DNA of 64,000 bases from Eledone cirrhosa (GCA_964016885.1 OZ024742.1:220534001-220598000), one strand, 5' to 3'; shown: positions 36,114 to 51,282, counted from the first letter of the stretch. The notes: generated from the letters alone by a model not told the origin. Program-made: numbers and translations.

Positions 36114-39100
36114 GATATACATCATCATATAGATAAGTATTAGTGCTATGTCCATGGTCCCTTACCATCAGCAATGATCATTATCAGATAGACATACAGT
36201 ATCATATAGATGAGCATTGGTGCTATTGTCTATGGTCTCTGACATACAGTATCATATAGATGAGCATTGGTGCTATTGTCTATGGTCCCTGACATACAGT
36301 ATCATATAGATGAGCATTGGTGCAATTGTCTATGGTCCCTGACATACAGTATCATCTAGATGAGCATTGGTGCAATTGTCTATGGTCTCTGACATACAGT
36401 ATCATCTAGATGAGCATTGGTCCCTGACATACAGTATCATATAGATGAGCATTGGTGCAATTGTCTATGGTCCCTGACATACAGCATCATCTAGATGAGC
36501 ATTGGTCCCTGACATACAGCATCATATAGATGAGCATTGGTGTAATTGTCTATGGTCCCTGACATACAGTATCATATAGATGAGCATTGGTGCAATTGTC
36601 TATGGTCCCTGACATACAGTATCATATAGATGAGCATTGGTGCAATTGTCTATGGTCCCTGACATACAGTATCATATAGATGAGCATTGGTGCAATTGTC
36701 TATGGTCTCTGACATACAGTATCATATAGATGAGCATTGGTGCAATTGTCTATGGTCCCTGACATACAGTATCATATAGATGAGCATTGGTGCAATTGTC
36801 TATGGTCCCTGACATACAGTATCACATAGATGAGCATTGGTGCAATTGTCTATGGTCCCTGACATACAGTATCATATAGATGAGCATTGGTGCAATTGTC
36901 TATGGTCTCTGACATACAGTATCATATAGATGAGCATTGGTGCAATTGTATATGGTCCCTGACATACAGTATCATATAGATGAGCATTGGTGCAATTGTC
37001 TATGGTCCCTGACATACAGTATCATATAGATGAGCATTGGTGCAATTGTCTATGGTCTCTGACATACAGTATCATATAGATGAGCATTGGTGCAATTGTC
37101 TATGGTCCCTGACATACAGTATCATATAGATGAGCATTGGTGCAATTGTCTATGGTCCCTGACATACAGTATCATATAGATGAGCATTGGTGCAATTGTC
37201 TATGGTCCCTGACATACAGTATCATATAGATGAGCATTGGTCCCTGACATATAGTATCATATAGATGAGCATTGGTCCCTGACATATAGTATCATATAGA
37301 TGAGCATTGGTCCCTGACATACAGCATCATATAGATGAGCATTGGTGCAATTGTCTATGGTCCCTGACATACAGTATCATATAGATGAGCATTGGTGCAA
37401 TTGTCTATGGTCCCTGACATACAGTATCATATAGATGAGCATTGGTCCCTGACATATAGTATCATATAGATGAGCATTGGTCCCTGACATATAGTATCAT
37501 ATAGATGAGCATTGGTCCCTGACATACAGCATCATATAGATGAGCATTGGTGCAATTGTCTATGGTCCCTGACATACAGTATCATATAGATGAGCATTGG
37601 TCCCTGACATACAGTATCATATAGATGAGCATTGGTGCAATTGTCTATGGTCCCTGACATACAGTATCATATAGATGAGCATTGGTGCTATTGTCTATGG
37701 TCCCTGACATACAGTATCATATAGATGAGCATTGGTGCAATTGTCTATGGTCCCTGACATACAGTATCATATAGATGAGCATTGGTCCCTGACATACAGT
37801 ATCATATAGATGAGCATTGGTGCAATTGTCTATGGTCCCTGACATACAGTATCATATAGATGAGCATTGGTGCTATTGTCTATGGTCCCTGACATACAGT
37901 ATCATATAGATGAGCATTGGTGCAATTGTCTATGGTCCCTGACATACAGTATCATATAGATGAGCATTGGTGCTATTGTCTATGGTCCCTGACATACAGT
38001 ATCATATAGATGAGCATTGGTGCAATTGTCTATGGTCTCTGACATACAGTATCATATAGATGAGCATTGGTGCTATTGTCTATGGTCCCTGACATACAGA
38101 ATCATATAGATGAGCATTGGTGCAATTGTCTATGGTCCCTGACATATAGTATCATATAGATGAGCATTGGTGCTATTGTCTATGGTCTCTGACATACAGT
38201 ATCATATAGATGAGCATTGGTCCCTGACATACAGTATCATATAGATGAGCATTGGTCCCTGACATATAGTATCATATAGATGAGCATTGGTGCAATTGTC
38301 TATGGTCCCTGACATACAGTATCATATAGATGAGCATTGGTCCCTGACATACAGTATCATATAGATGAGCATTGGTCCCTGACATACAGTATCATATAGA
38401 TGAGCATTGGTCCCTGACATATAGTATCATATAGATGAGCATTGGTCCCTGACATACAGTATCATATAGATGAGCATTGGTCCCTGACATATAGTATCAT
38501 ATAGATGAGCATTGGTCCCTGACATACAGTATCATATAGATGAGCATTGGTCCCTGACATATAGTATCATATAGATGAGCATTGGTCCCTGACATACAGT
38601 ATCATATAGATGAGCATTGGTGCAATTGTCTATGGTCCCTGATATACAGTATCATATAGATGAGCATTGGTCCCTGACATATAGTATCATATAGATGAGC
38701 ATTGGTGCAATTGTCTATGGTCCCTGACATACAGTATCATATAGATGAGCATTGGTCCCTGACATACAGTATCATATAGATGAGCATTGGTGCAATTGTC
38801 TATGGTCCCTGACATACAGTATCATATAGATGAGCATTGGTGCTATTGTCTATGGTCCCTGACATACAGTATCATATAGATGAGCATTGGTGCAATTGTC
38901 TATGGTCCCTGACATACAGCATCATATAGATGAGCATTGGTCCCTGACATACAGTATCATATAGATGAGCATTGGTGCAATTGTCTATGGTCCCTGACAT
39001 ACAGCATCATATAGATGAGCATTGGTGCTATTGTCTATGGTCCCTGACATACAGTATCATATAGATGAGCATTGGTGCAATTGTCTATGGTCCCTGACAT

Positions 39101-42100
39101 ACAGTATCATATAGATGAGCATTGGTGCAATTGTCTATGGTCTCTGACATACAGTATCATATAGATGAGCATTGGTGCAATTGTCTATGGTCCCTGACAT
39201 ACAGTATCATATAGATGAGCATTGGTGCAATTGTCTATGGTCCCTGACATACAGTATCATATAGATGAGCATTGGTGCAATTGTCTATGGTCCCTGACAT
39301 ACAGTATCATATAGATGAGCATTGGTGCAATTGTCTATGGTCCCTGACATACAGTATCATATAGATGAGCATTGGTGCTATTGTCTATGGTCCCTGACAT
39401 ACAGTATCATATAGATGAGCATTGGTGCTATTGTCTATGGTCCCTGACATACAGTATCATATAGATGAGCATTGGTCCCTGACATACAGTATCATATAGA
39501 TGAGCATTGGTGCAATTGTCTATGGTCCCTGACATACAGTATCATATAGATGAGCATTGGTGCAATTGTCTATGGTCCCTGACATACAGTATCATATAGA
39601 TGAGCATTGGTGCAATTGTCTATGGTCCCTGACATACAGTATCATATAGATGAGCATTGGTGCAATTGTCTATGGTCCCTGACATACAGTATCATATAGA
39701 TGAGCATTGGTGCTATTGTCTATGGTCCCTGACATACAGTATCATATAGATGAGCATTGGTGCTATTGTCTATGGTCCCTGACATACAGTATCATATAGA
39801 TGAGCATTGGTCCCTGACATACAGTATCATATAGATGAGCATTGGTGCAATTGTCTATGGTCTCTGACATACAGTATCATATAGATGAGCATTGGTGCAA
39901 TTGTCTATGGTCCCTGACATACAGTATCATATAGATGAGCATTGGTGCAATTGTCTATGGTCCCTGACATACAGTATCATATAGATGAGCATTGGTGCTA
40001 TTGTCTATGGTCCCTGACATACAGTATCATATAGATGAGCATTGGTGCTATTGTCTATGGTCCCTGACATACAGTATCATATAGATGAGCATTGGTGCTA
40101 TTGTCTATGGTCCCTGACATACAGTATCATATAGATGAGCATTGGTGCAATTGTCTATGGTCCCTGACATACAGTATCATATAGATGAGCATTGGTCCCT
40201 GACATACAGTATCATATAGATGAGCATTGGTGCTATTGTCTATGGTCCCTGACATACAGTATCATATAGATGAGCATTGGTGCTATTGTCTATGGTCCCT
40301 GACATACAGTATCATATAGATGAGCATTGGTGCTATTGTCTATGGTCCCTGACATACAGTATCATATAGATGAGCATTGGTGCAATTGGCTATGGTCCCT
40401 GACATACAGTATCATATAGATGAGCATTGGTGCTATTGTCTATGGTCCCTGACATACAGTATCATATAGATGAGCATTGGTGCTATTGTCTATGGTCCCT
40501 GACATACAGTATCATATAGATGAGCATTGGTGCTATTGTCTATGGTCCCTGACATACAGTATCATATAGATGAGCATTGGTGCAATTGTCTATGGTCCCT
40601 GACATACAGTATCATATAGATGAGCATTGGTGCTATTGTCTATGGTCCCTGACATACAGTATCATATAGATGAGCATTGGTGCTATTGTCTATGGTCCCT
40701 GACATACAGTATCATATAGATGAGCATTGGTGCTATTGTCTATGGTCCCTGACATACAGTATCATATAGATGAGCATTGGTGCAATTGGCTATGGTCCCT
40801 GACATACAGTATCATATAGATGAGCATTGGTGCTATTGTCTATGGTCCCTGACATACAGTATCATATAGATGAGCATTGGTGCAATTGTCTATGGTCCCT
40901 GACATAGAGTATCATATAGATGAGCATTGGTCCCTGACATACAGCATCATATAGATGAGCATTGGTGCAATTGTCTATGGTCCCTGACATACAGTATCAT
41001 ATAGATGAGCATTGGTGCAATTGTCTATGGTCCCTGACATACAGTATCATATAGATGAGCATTGGTCCCTGACATATAGTATCATATAGATGAGCATTGG
41101 TCCCTGACATATAGTATCATATAGATGAGCATTGGTCCCTGACATACAGCATCATATAGATGAGCATTGGTGCAATTGTCTATGGTCCCTGACATACAGT
41201 ATCATATAGATGAGCATTGGTCCCTGACATACAGTATCATATAGATGAGCATTGGTGCAATTGTCTATGGTCCCTGACATACAGTATCATATAGATGAGC
41301 ATTGGTGCTATTGTCTATGGTCCCTGACATACAGTATCATATAGATGAGCATTGGTGCAATTGTCTATGGTCCCTGACATACAGTATCATATAGATGAGC
41401 ATTGGTCCCTGACATACAGTATCATATAGATGAGCATTGGTGCAATTGTCTATGGTCCCTGACATACAGTATCATATAGATGAGCATTGGTGCTATTGTC
41501 TATGGTCCCTGACATACAGTATCATATAGATGAGCATTGGTGCAATTGTCTATGGTCCCTGACATACAGTATCATATAGATGAGCATTGGTGCTATTGTC
41601 TATGGTCCCTGACATACAGTATCATATAGATGAGCATTGGTGCAATTGTCTATGGTCCCTGACATACAGCATCATATAGATGAGCATTGGTGGAATTGTC
41701 TATGGTCCCTGACATACAGTATCATATAGATGAGCATTGGTGCAATTGTCTATGGTCTCTGACATACAGTATCATATAGATGAGCATTGGTGCTATTGTC
41801 TATGGTCCCTGACATACAGTATCATATAGATGAGCATTGGTGCTATTGTCTATGGTCCCTGACATACAGTATCATATAGATGAGCATTGGTGCAATTGTC
41901 TATGGTCCCTGACATATAGTATCATATAGATGAGCATTGGTGCTATTGTCTATGGTCTCTGACATACAGTATCATATAGATGAGCATTGGTCCCTGACAT
42001 ACAGTATCATATAGATGAGCATTGGTCCCTGACATATAGTATCATATAGATGAGCATTGGTCTCTGACATACAGTATCATATAGATGAGCATTGGTCCCT

Positions 42101-45100
42101 GACATATAGTATCATATAGATGAGCATTGGTGCAATTGTCTATGGTCCCTGATATACAGTATCATATAGATGAGCATTGGTCCCTGACATATAGTATCAT
42201 ATAGATGAGCATTGGTCCCTGACATACAGTATCATATAGATGAGCATTGGTCCCTGACATATAGTATCATATAGATGAGCATTGGTCCCTGACATACAGT
42301 ATCATATAGATGAGCATTGGTCCCTGACATATAGTATCATATAGATGAGCATTGGTCCCTGACATACAGTATCATATAGATGAGCATTGGTCCCTGACAT
42401 ATAGTATCATATAGATGAGCATTGGTCCCTGACATACAGTATCATATAGATGAGCATTGGTGCAATTGTCTATGGTCCCTGATATACAGTATCATATAGA
42501 TGAGCATTGGTCCCTGACATATAGTATCATATAGATGAGCATTGGTGCAATTGTCTATGGTCCCTGACATACAGTATCATATAGATGAGCATTGGTCCCT
42601 GACATACAGTATCATATAGATGAGCATTGGTGCAATTGTCTATGGTCCCTGACATACAGTATCATATAGATGAGCATTGGTGCTATTGTCTATGGTCCCT
42701 GACATACAGTATCATATAGATGAGCATTGGTGCAATTGTCTATGGTCCCTGACATACAGCATCATATAGATGAGCATTGGTCCCTGACATACAGTATCAT
42801 ATAGATGAGCATTGGTGCAATTGTCTATGGTCCCTGACATACAGCATCATATAGATGAGCATTGGTGCTATTGTCTATGGTCCCTGACATACAGTATCAT
42901 ATAGATGAGCATTGGTGCAATTGTCTATGGTCCCTGACATACAGTATCATATAGATGAGCATTGGTGCAATTGTCTATGGTCTCTGACATACAGTATCAT
43001 ATAGATGAGCATTGGTGCAATTGTCTATGGTCCCTGACATACAGTATCATATAGATGAGCATTGGTGCAATTGTCTATGGTCCCTGACATACAGTATCAT
43101 ATAGATGAGCATTGGTGCAATTGTCTATGGTCCCTGACATACAGTATCATATAGATGAGCATTGGTGCAATTGTCTATGGTCCCTGACATACAGTATCAT
43201 ATAGATGAGCATTGGTGCTATTGTCTATGGTCCCTGACATACAGTATCATATAGATGAGCATTGGTGCTATTGTCTATGGTCCCTGACATACAGTATCAT
43301 ATAGATGAGCATTGGTCCCTGACATACAGTATCATATAGATGAGCATTGGTGCAATTGTCTATGGTCCCTGACATACAGTATCATATAGATGAGCATTGG
43401 TGCAATTGTCTATGGTCCCTGACATACAGTATCATATAGATGAGCATTGGTGCAATTGTCTATGGTCCCTGACATACAGTATCATATAGATGAGCATTGG
43501 TGCAATTGTCTATGGTCCCTGACATACAGTATCATATAGATGAGCATTGGTGCTATTGTCTATGGTCCCTGACATACAGTATCATATAGATGAGCATTGG
43601 TGCTATTGTCTATGGTCCCTGACATACAGTATCATATAGATGAGCATTGGTCCCTGACATACAGTATCATATAGATGAGCATTGGTGCAATTGTCTATGG
43701 TCTCTGACATACAGTATCATATAGATGAGCATTGGTGCAATTGTCTATGGTCCCTGACATACAGTATCATATAGATGAGCATTGGTGCAATTGTCTATGG
43801 TCCCTGACATACAGTATCATATAGATGAGCATTGGTGCTATTGTCTATGGTCCCTGACATACAGTATCATATAGATGAGCATTGGTGCTATTGTCTATGG
43901 TCCCTGACATACAGTATCATATAGATGAGCATTGGTGCAATTGTCTATGGTCCCTGACATACAGTATCATATAGATGAGCATTGGTGCAATTGTCTATGG
44001 TCCCTGACATACAGTATCATATAGATGAGCATTGGTGCTATTGTCTATGGTCCCTGACATACAGTATCATATAGATGAGCATTGGTGCTATTGTCTATGG
44101 TCCCTGACATACAGTATCATATAGATGAGCATTGGTGCTATTGTCTATGGTCCCTGACATACAGTATCATATAGATGAGCATTGGTGCAATTGGCTATGG
44201 TCCCTGACATACAGTATCATATAGATGAGCATTGGTGCTATTGTCTATGGTCCCTGACATACAGTATCATATAGATGAGCATTGGTGCTATTGTCTATGG
44301 TCCCTGACATACAGTATCATATAGATGAGCATTGGTGCAATTGTCTATGGTCCCTGACATAGAGTATCATATAGATGAGCATTGGTGCTATTGTCTATGG
44401 TCCCTGACATACAGTATCATATAGATGAGCATTGGTGCAATTGTCTATGGTCCCTGACATACAGTATCATATAGATGAGCATTGGTGCTATTGTCTATGG
44501 TCCCTGACATACAGTATCATATAGATGAGCATTGGTGCAATTGTCTATGGTCCCTGACATACAGTATCATATAGATGAGCATTGGTGCTATTGTCTATGG
44601 TCCCTGACATACAGTATCATATAGATGAGCATTGGTGCAATTGTCTATGGTCCCTGACATACAGTATCATATAGATGAGCATTGGTCCCTGACATATAGT
44701 ATCATATAGATGAGCATTGGTGCTATTGTCTATGGTCCCTGACATACAGTATCATATAGATGAGCATTGGTGCTATTGTCTATGGTCCCTGACATACAGT
44801 ATCATATAGATGAGCATTGGTCCCTGACATACAGTATCATATAGATGAGCATTGGTCCCTGACATACAGCATCATATAGATGAGCATTGGTGCAATTGTC
44901 TATGGTCCTTGACATATAGTATCATATAGATGAGCATTGGTGCTATTGTCTATGGTCCCTGACATACAGTATCATATAGATGAGCATTGGTGCAATTGTC
45001 TATGGTCCCTGACATACAGTATCATATAGATGAGCATTGGTGCTATTGTCTATGGTCTCTGACATACAGTATCATATAGATGAGCATTGGTCCCTGACAT

Positions 45101-48100
45101 ATAGTATCATATAGATGAGCATTGGTGCAATTGTCTATGGTCCCTGACATACAGTATCATATAGATGAGCATTGGTGCAATTGTCTATGGTCCCTGACAT
45201 ACAGTATCATATAGATGAGCATTGGTGCTATTGTCTATGGTCCCTGACATACAGTATCATATAGATGAGCATTGGTGCAATTGTCTATGGTCCCTGACAT
45301 ACAGTATCATATAGATGAGCATTGGTGCAATTGTCTATAGTCTCTGACATACAGTATCATATAGATGAGCATTGGTGCAATTGTCTATGGTCTCTGACAT
45401 ACAGTATCATATAGATGAGCATTGGTGCAATTGTCTATGGTCCCTGACATACAGTATCATATAGATGAGCATTGGTCCCTGACATACAGTATCATATAGA
45501 TGAGCATTGGTCCCTGACATATAGTATCATATAGATGAGCATTGGTGCTATTGTCTATGGTCCCTGACATACAGTATCATATAGATGAGCATTGGTCCCT
45601 GACATACAGTATCATATAGATGAGCATTGGTGCTATTGTCTATGGTCCCTGACATACAGTATCATATAGATGAGCATTGGTGCTATTGTCTATGGTCCCT
45701 GACATACAGTATCATATAGATGAGCATTGGTCCCTGACATACAGTATCATATAGATGAGCATTGGTGCTATTGTCTATGGTCCCTGACATACAGTATCAT
45801 ATAGATGAGCATTGGTGCAATTGTCTATGGTCCCTGACATACAGTATCATATAGATGAGCATTGGTGCTATTGTCTATGGTCCCTGACATACAGTATCAT
45901 ATAGATGAGCATTGGTCCCTGACATACAGTATCATATAGATGAGCATTGGTCTCTGACATACAGTATCATATAGATGAGCATTGGTCCCTGACATATAGT
46001 ATCATATAGATGAGCATTGGTCCCTGACATACAGTATCATATAGATGAGCATTGGTCCCTGACATATAGTATCATATAGATGAGCATTGGTCCCTGACAT
46101 ACAGTATCATATAGATGAGCATTGGTGCAATTGTCTATGGTCCCTGATATACATTATCATATAGATGAGCATTGGTCCCTGACATACAGTATCATATAGA
46201 TGAGCATTGGTGCAAATGTCTATGGTCCCTGACATACAGTATCATATAGATGAGCATTGGTGCTATTGTCTATGGTCCCTGACATACAGTATCATATAGA
46301 TGAGCATTGGTGCTATTGTCTATGGTCCCTGACATACAGTATCATATAGATGAGCATTGGTGCTATTGTCTATGGTCCCTGACATAGAGTATCATATAGA
46401 TGAGCATTGGTGCTATTGTCTATGGTCCCTGACATACAGTATCATATAGATGAGCATTGGTGCAATTGTCTATGGTCTCTGACATACAGTATCATATAGA
46501 TGAGCATTGGTGCAATTGTCTATGGTCCCTGACATACAGTATCATATAGATGAGCATTGGTGCAATTGTCTATGGTCCCTGACATACAGTATCATATAGA
46601 TGAGCATTGGTGCAATTGTCTATGGTCCCTGACATACAGTATCATATAGATGAGCATTGGTGCAATTGTCTATGGTCCCTGACATACAGTATCATATAGA
46701 TGAGCATTGGTGCTATTGTCTATGGTCCCTGACATACAGTATCATATAGATGAGCATTGGTCCCTGACATACAGTATCATATAGATGAGCATTGGTGCTA
46801 TTGTCTATGGTCCCTGACATACAGTATCATATAGATGAGCATTGGTGCTATTGTTTATGGTCCCTGACATACAGTATCATATAGATGAGCATTGGTGCAA
46901 TTGTCTATGGTCTCTGACATACAGTATCATATAGATGAGCATTGGTGCAATTGTCTATGGTCCCTGACATACAGTATCATATAGATGAGCATTGGTGCAA
47001 TTGTCTATGGTCCCTGACATACAGTATCATATAGATGAGCATTGGTGCAATTGTCTATGGTCCCTGACATACAGTATCATATAGATGAGCATTGGTGCAA
47101 TTGTCTATGGTCCCTGACATACAGTATCATATAGATGAGCATTGGTGCAATTGTCTATGGTCCCTGACATACAGTATCATATAGATGAGCATTATTGCAA
47201 TTGTCTATGGTCCCTGACATACAGTATCATATAGATGAGCATTGGTGCAATTGTCTATGGTCCCTGACATACAGTATTATATAGATGAGCATTGGTCCCT
47301 GACATATAGTATCATATAGATGAGCATTGGTGCTATTGTCTATGGTCCCTGACATACAGTATCATATAGATGAGCATTGGTGCTATTGTCTATGGTCCCT
47401 GACATACAGTATCATATAGATGAGCATTGGTGCAATTGTCTATGGTCTCTGACATACAGTATCATATAGATGAGCATTGGTGCTATTGTCTATGGTCCCT
47501 GATATACAGTATCATATAGATGAGCATTGGTCCCTGACATATAGTATCATATAGATGAGCATTGGTCCCTGACATACAGTATCATATAGATGAGCATTGG
47601 TCCCTGACATATAGTATCATATAGATGAGCATTGGTGCTATTGTCTATGGTCCCTGACATACAGTATCATATAGATGAGCATTGGTGCAATTGTCTATGG
47701 TCCCTGACATACAGTATCATATAGATGAGCATTGGTCCCTGACATACAGCATCATATAGATGAGCATTGGTGCTATTGTCTATGGTCCCTGACATACAGT
47801 ATCATATAGATGAGCATTGGTCCCTGACATATAGTATCATATAGATGAGCATTGGTCCCTGACATACAGTATCATATAGATGAGCATTGGTCCCTGACAT
47901 ATAGTATCATATAGATGAGCATTGGTGCTATTGTCTATGGTCCCTGACATACAGTATCATATAGATGAGCATTGGTGCAATTGTCTATGGTCCCTGACAT
48001 ACAGTATCATATAGATGAGCATTGGTCCCTGACATATAGTATCATATAGATGAGCATTGGTGCTATTGTCTATGGTCCCTGACATACAGTATCATATAGA

Positions 48101-49345
48101 TGAGCATTGGTGCAATTGTCTATGGTCCCTGACATACAGTATCATATAGATGAGCATTGGTCCCTGACATATAGTATCATATAGATGAGCATTGGTGCTA
48201 TTGTCTATGGTCCCTGACATACAGTATCATATAGATGAGCATTGGTCCCTGACATATAGTATCATATAGATGAGCATTGGTGCTATTGTCTATGGTCCCT
48301 GACATACAGTATCATATAGATGAGCATTGGTGCAATTGTCTATGGTCCCTGACATACAGTATCATATAGATGAGCATTGGTCCCTGACATATAGTATCAT
48401 ATAGATGAGCATTGGTGCTATTGTCTATGGTCCCTGACATACAGTATCATATAGATGAGCATTGGTCCCTGACATATAGTATCATATAGATGAGCATTGG
48501 TGCTATTGTCTATGGTCCCTGACATACAGTATCATATAGATGAGCATTGGTCCCTGACATATAGTATCATATAGATGAGCATTGGTGCTATTGTCTATGG
48601 TCCCTGACATACAGTATCATATAGATGAGCATTGGTCCCTGACATACAGTATCATATAGATGAGCATTGGTGCTATTGTCTATGGTCCCTGACATACAGT
48701 ATCATATAGATGAGCATTGGTCCCTGACATATAGTATCATATAGATGAGCATTGGTGCAATTGTCTATGGTCCCTGACATACAGTATCATATAGATGAGC
48801 ATTGGTGCTATTGTCTATGGTCCCTGACATACAGTATCATATAGATGAGCATTGGTCCCTGACATATAGTATCATATAGATGAGCATTGGTGCTATTGTC
48901 TATGGTCCCTGACATACAGTATCATATAGATGAGCATTGGTGCAATTGTCTATGGTCCCTGACATACAGTATCATATAGATGAGCATTGGTGCAATTGTC
49001 TATGGTCCCTGACATACAGTATCATATAGATGAGCATTGGTGCAATTGTCTATGGTCCCTGACATATACTATCATATAGATGAGCATTGGTGCAATTGTC
49101 TATGGTCCCTGACATACAGTATCATATAGATGAGCATTGGTCCCTGACATACAGTATCATATAGATGAGCATTGGTGCTATTGTCTATGGTCCCTGACAT
49201 ACAGCATCATATAGATGAGCATTGGTGCAATTGTCTATGGTCCCTGACATACAGTATCATATAGATGAGCATTGGTGCAATTGTCTATGGTCCCTGACAT
49301 ACAACATATAGATTAGTATTGGTACAATTGTCCATGGTTTCTGAC
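36114..49345. repeat. 50/35-bp tandem satellite, ~13 kb, intronic
   Basis: unit GACATACAGTATCATATAGATGAGCATTGGTGC(A/T)ATTGTCTATGGTCCCT interspersed with a 35-bp deletion variant; degenerate edges. Confidence 0.98.
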
Positions 49346-49637
49346 TGTCAAAGGTGACGGTGGGAGGAGGCCAGACCAGACCGACCAGTTAAGTACTGAG
49401 ACCAATATAATTAACTTTCTTCCCTCAAATTTCTGGCCTAAATTTAAAAAAAAGCAGTATTTTGTATTAATTCATCAATTTGATTGACTGTAGGTAAGGG
49501 GTGTTTAAGTTTAGATCATTGATTACCTCAACAAGAATGTAGCTTTTTATTGCAGTAAAAATTGAAACATTTTAATTCTATCTTTTTGAAAACTCTATTG
49601 ATTCAACTAATGGTCCTTTTTTTTTTTATAATTCCAG

Positions 49638-49688
49638 ATTATTCTCCTAGTTATTGCAAGCATATTTCTATATTTGATGCGGAAATAG
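49638..49688 (+). CDS. tetraspanin last coding exon (IILLVIASIFLYLMRK*)
   Basis: strong T-tract acceptor ttccag; completes TM4 in phase 0; stop TAG; AATAAA downstream. Confidence 0.85.
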   Translation: MILLVIASIFLYLMRK

Positions 49689-49854
49689 CCTGCTGTTCAC
49701 ACCCAATGAACCCATAATGATCTTCCACCCCTGTTATAAATACAGGACACATACACACAAACACTCTGCTCCACTCCAAACCTATAGAAGAATTAAAAAG
49801 AAGACAATATTAATTCTGAAAGTTTCTTCTTCAAACCATACAAGGAGAATGTAA

Positions 49855-49860
49855 AATAAA
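49855..49860 (+). promoter_or_regulatory. candidate polyadenylation signal
   Basis: AATAAA ~170 nt after the stop, followed by T-rich sequence. Confidence 0.4.
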
Positions 49861-49957
49861 AAGAATACTTTTGTACATATTTTATTGGTCAGAAAGAAGT
49901 CGACAAGTAACTTACACCATCATGTAGAAATAAATGAATTTTTAACAAAACACATAA

Positions 49958-49988
<31 letters not shown>

Positions 49989-50072
49989 TATATATAAATG
50001 TCAGTGTAGATATGGACCAAATTTGTGTTGAACCATCGTTGGTCAGAAAGCAAATAAATTAATGTGTGAAAG

Positions 50073-50110
50073 TATATATACACACATACATATATATACA
50101 TACACACACA

Positions 50111-50166
<56 letters not shown>

Positions 50167-50172
50167 TATAAA

Positions 50173-50238
<66 letters not shown>

Positions 50239-50286
50239 TATATACATATATATATATACATATATACATATATATACATATATATA

Positions 50287-50346
<60 letters not shown>

Positions 50347-50404
50347 CGTATATACATATATACATATACATATATATATATGTATATATGTATATGTGTA
50401 TATA

Positions 50405-50449
<45 letters not shown>

Positions 50450-50477
50450 CATATATACAAATATATATATATATATA
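50073..50477. repeat. (TA)n-rich microsatellite
   Basis: long interrupted TA runs. Confidence 0.95.
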
Positions 50478-50781
50478 AGCAGAAGGGATATTCAATTTGT
50501 CGGTAATTCAACAAATATAAATGTTTATAACTGATTCAGACACTCGACAAGTTTTCTGGAGTATAATATTCAATGATATTAAATAAATGAAAACTATATT
50601 TATAAAACCATATTTATTCTATTATATATATTTCAAGGGTACTAAAAACTTTAGTACGCTTTCATCAGATAAAATACAAAGTGTGTTTTATAAATTTTTA
50701 CATAGCCAAGGAACATATCTTATCGGTTGGAAAACTTCAACCAATAAGGTATGTTCCTTGGCTATGTCAAAATTTATAAAA

Positions 50782-50838
50782 CTTTATCTGATGAAAGTGT
50801 ACCAAAGATTTTGGTACCCTTGAAATATATATAATAGA
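50782..50838 (+). ncRNA. minimal type I hammerhead ribozyme (candidate)
   Basis: UUUAU-CUGAUGA-[AAGUGUACCAAA GAU UUUGGUACCCUU]-GAAA-UAUAUA-UA^AUAGA. Confidence 0.7.
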
Positions 50839-50877
50839 ATAATATATACTTGTATATATATATAATAATTATACTTG

Positions 50878-50918
<41 letters not shown>

Positions 50919-51282
50919 GAATTAGGTCCAAAATTAATTAAAGGTGTTCATCATTTTTTTCAATATACAGGGAAATTTGTGTTTTTTGGCATATTTACAT
51001 GCCTACATATTGAATGTGCATATATTTACTTATTAGTTCAGTCTCAGTTACATACTCTGTATATATATATATATATACGTGTAAAATGAGTTGCAATGTC
51101 TCTGGTACCAAGCTCTATCAGCCATTGTCTTTCCCTTGGACAACATTGGTGACATGGAAAGGAGTGACTGGTATACATGTGCAACTGCTGGTCTACCACA
51201 AACAACCTGGCCTGGGCCTTTGTCATGGAGGTGTACCTTCTAGGTGCAAATCCCATGGTCATTTGTGACCAAATAGGGTTTT

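Noticed and set aside
30756-49345. CRISPR-like appearance of the regular arrays
   Set aside because: There are no unique spacers and no cas genes, and the context is a eukaryotic intron; these are head-to-tail satellites.
49889-50514. Long YI-repeat ORFs (also 53577-53873 and the HT/CV-rich ORFs elsewhere)
   Set aside because: They are translations of TA, CA and TG microsatellites.
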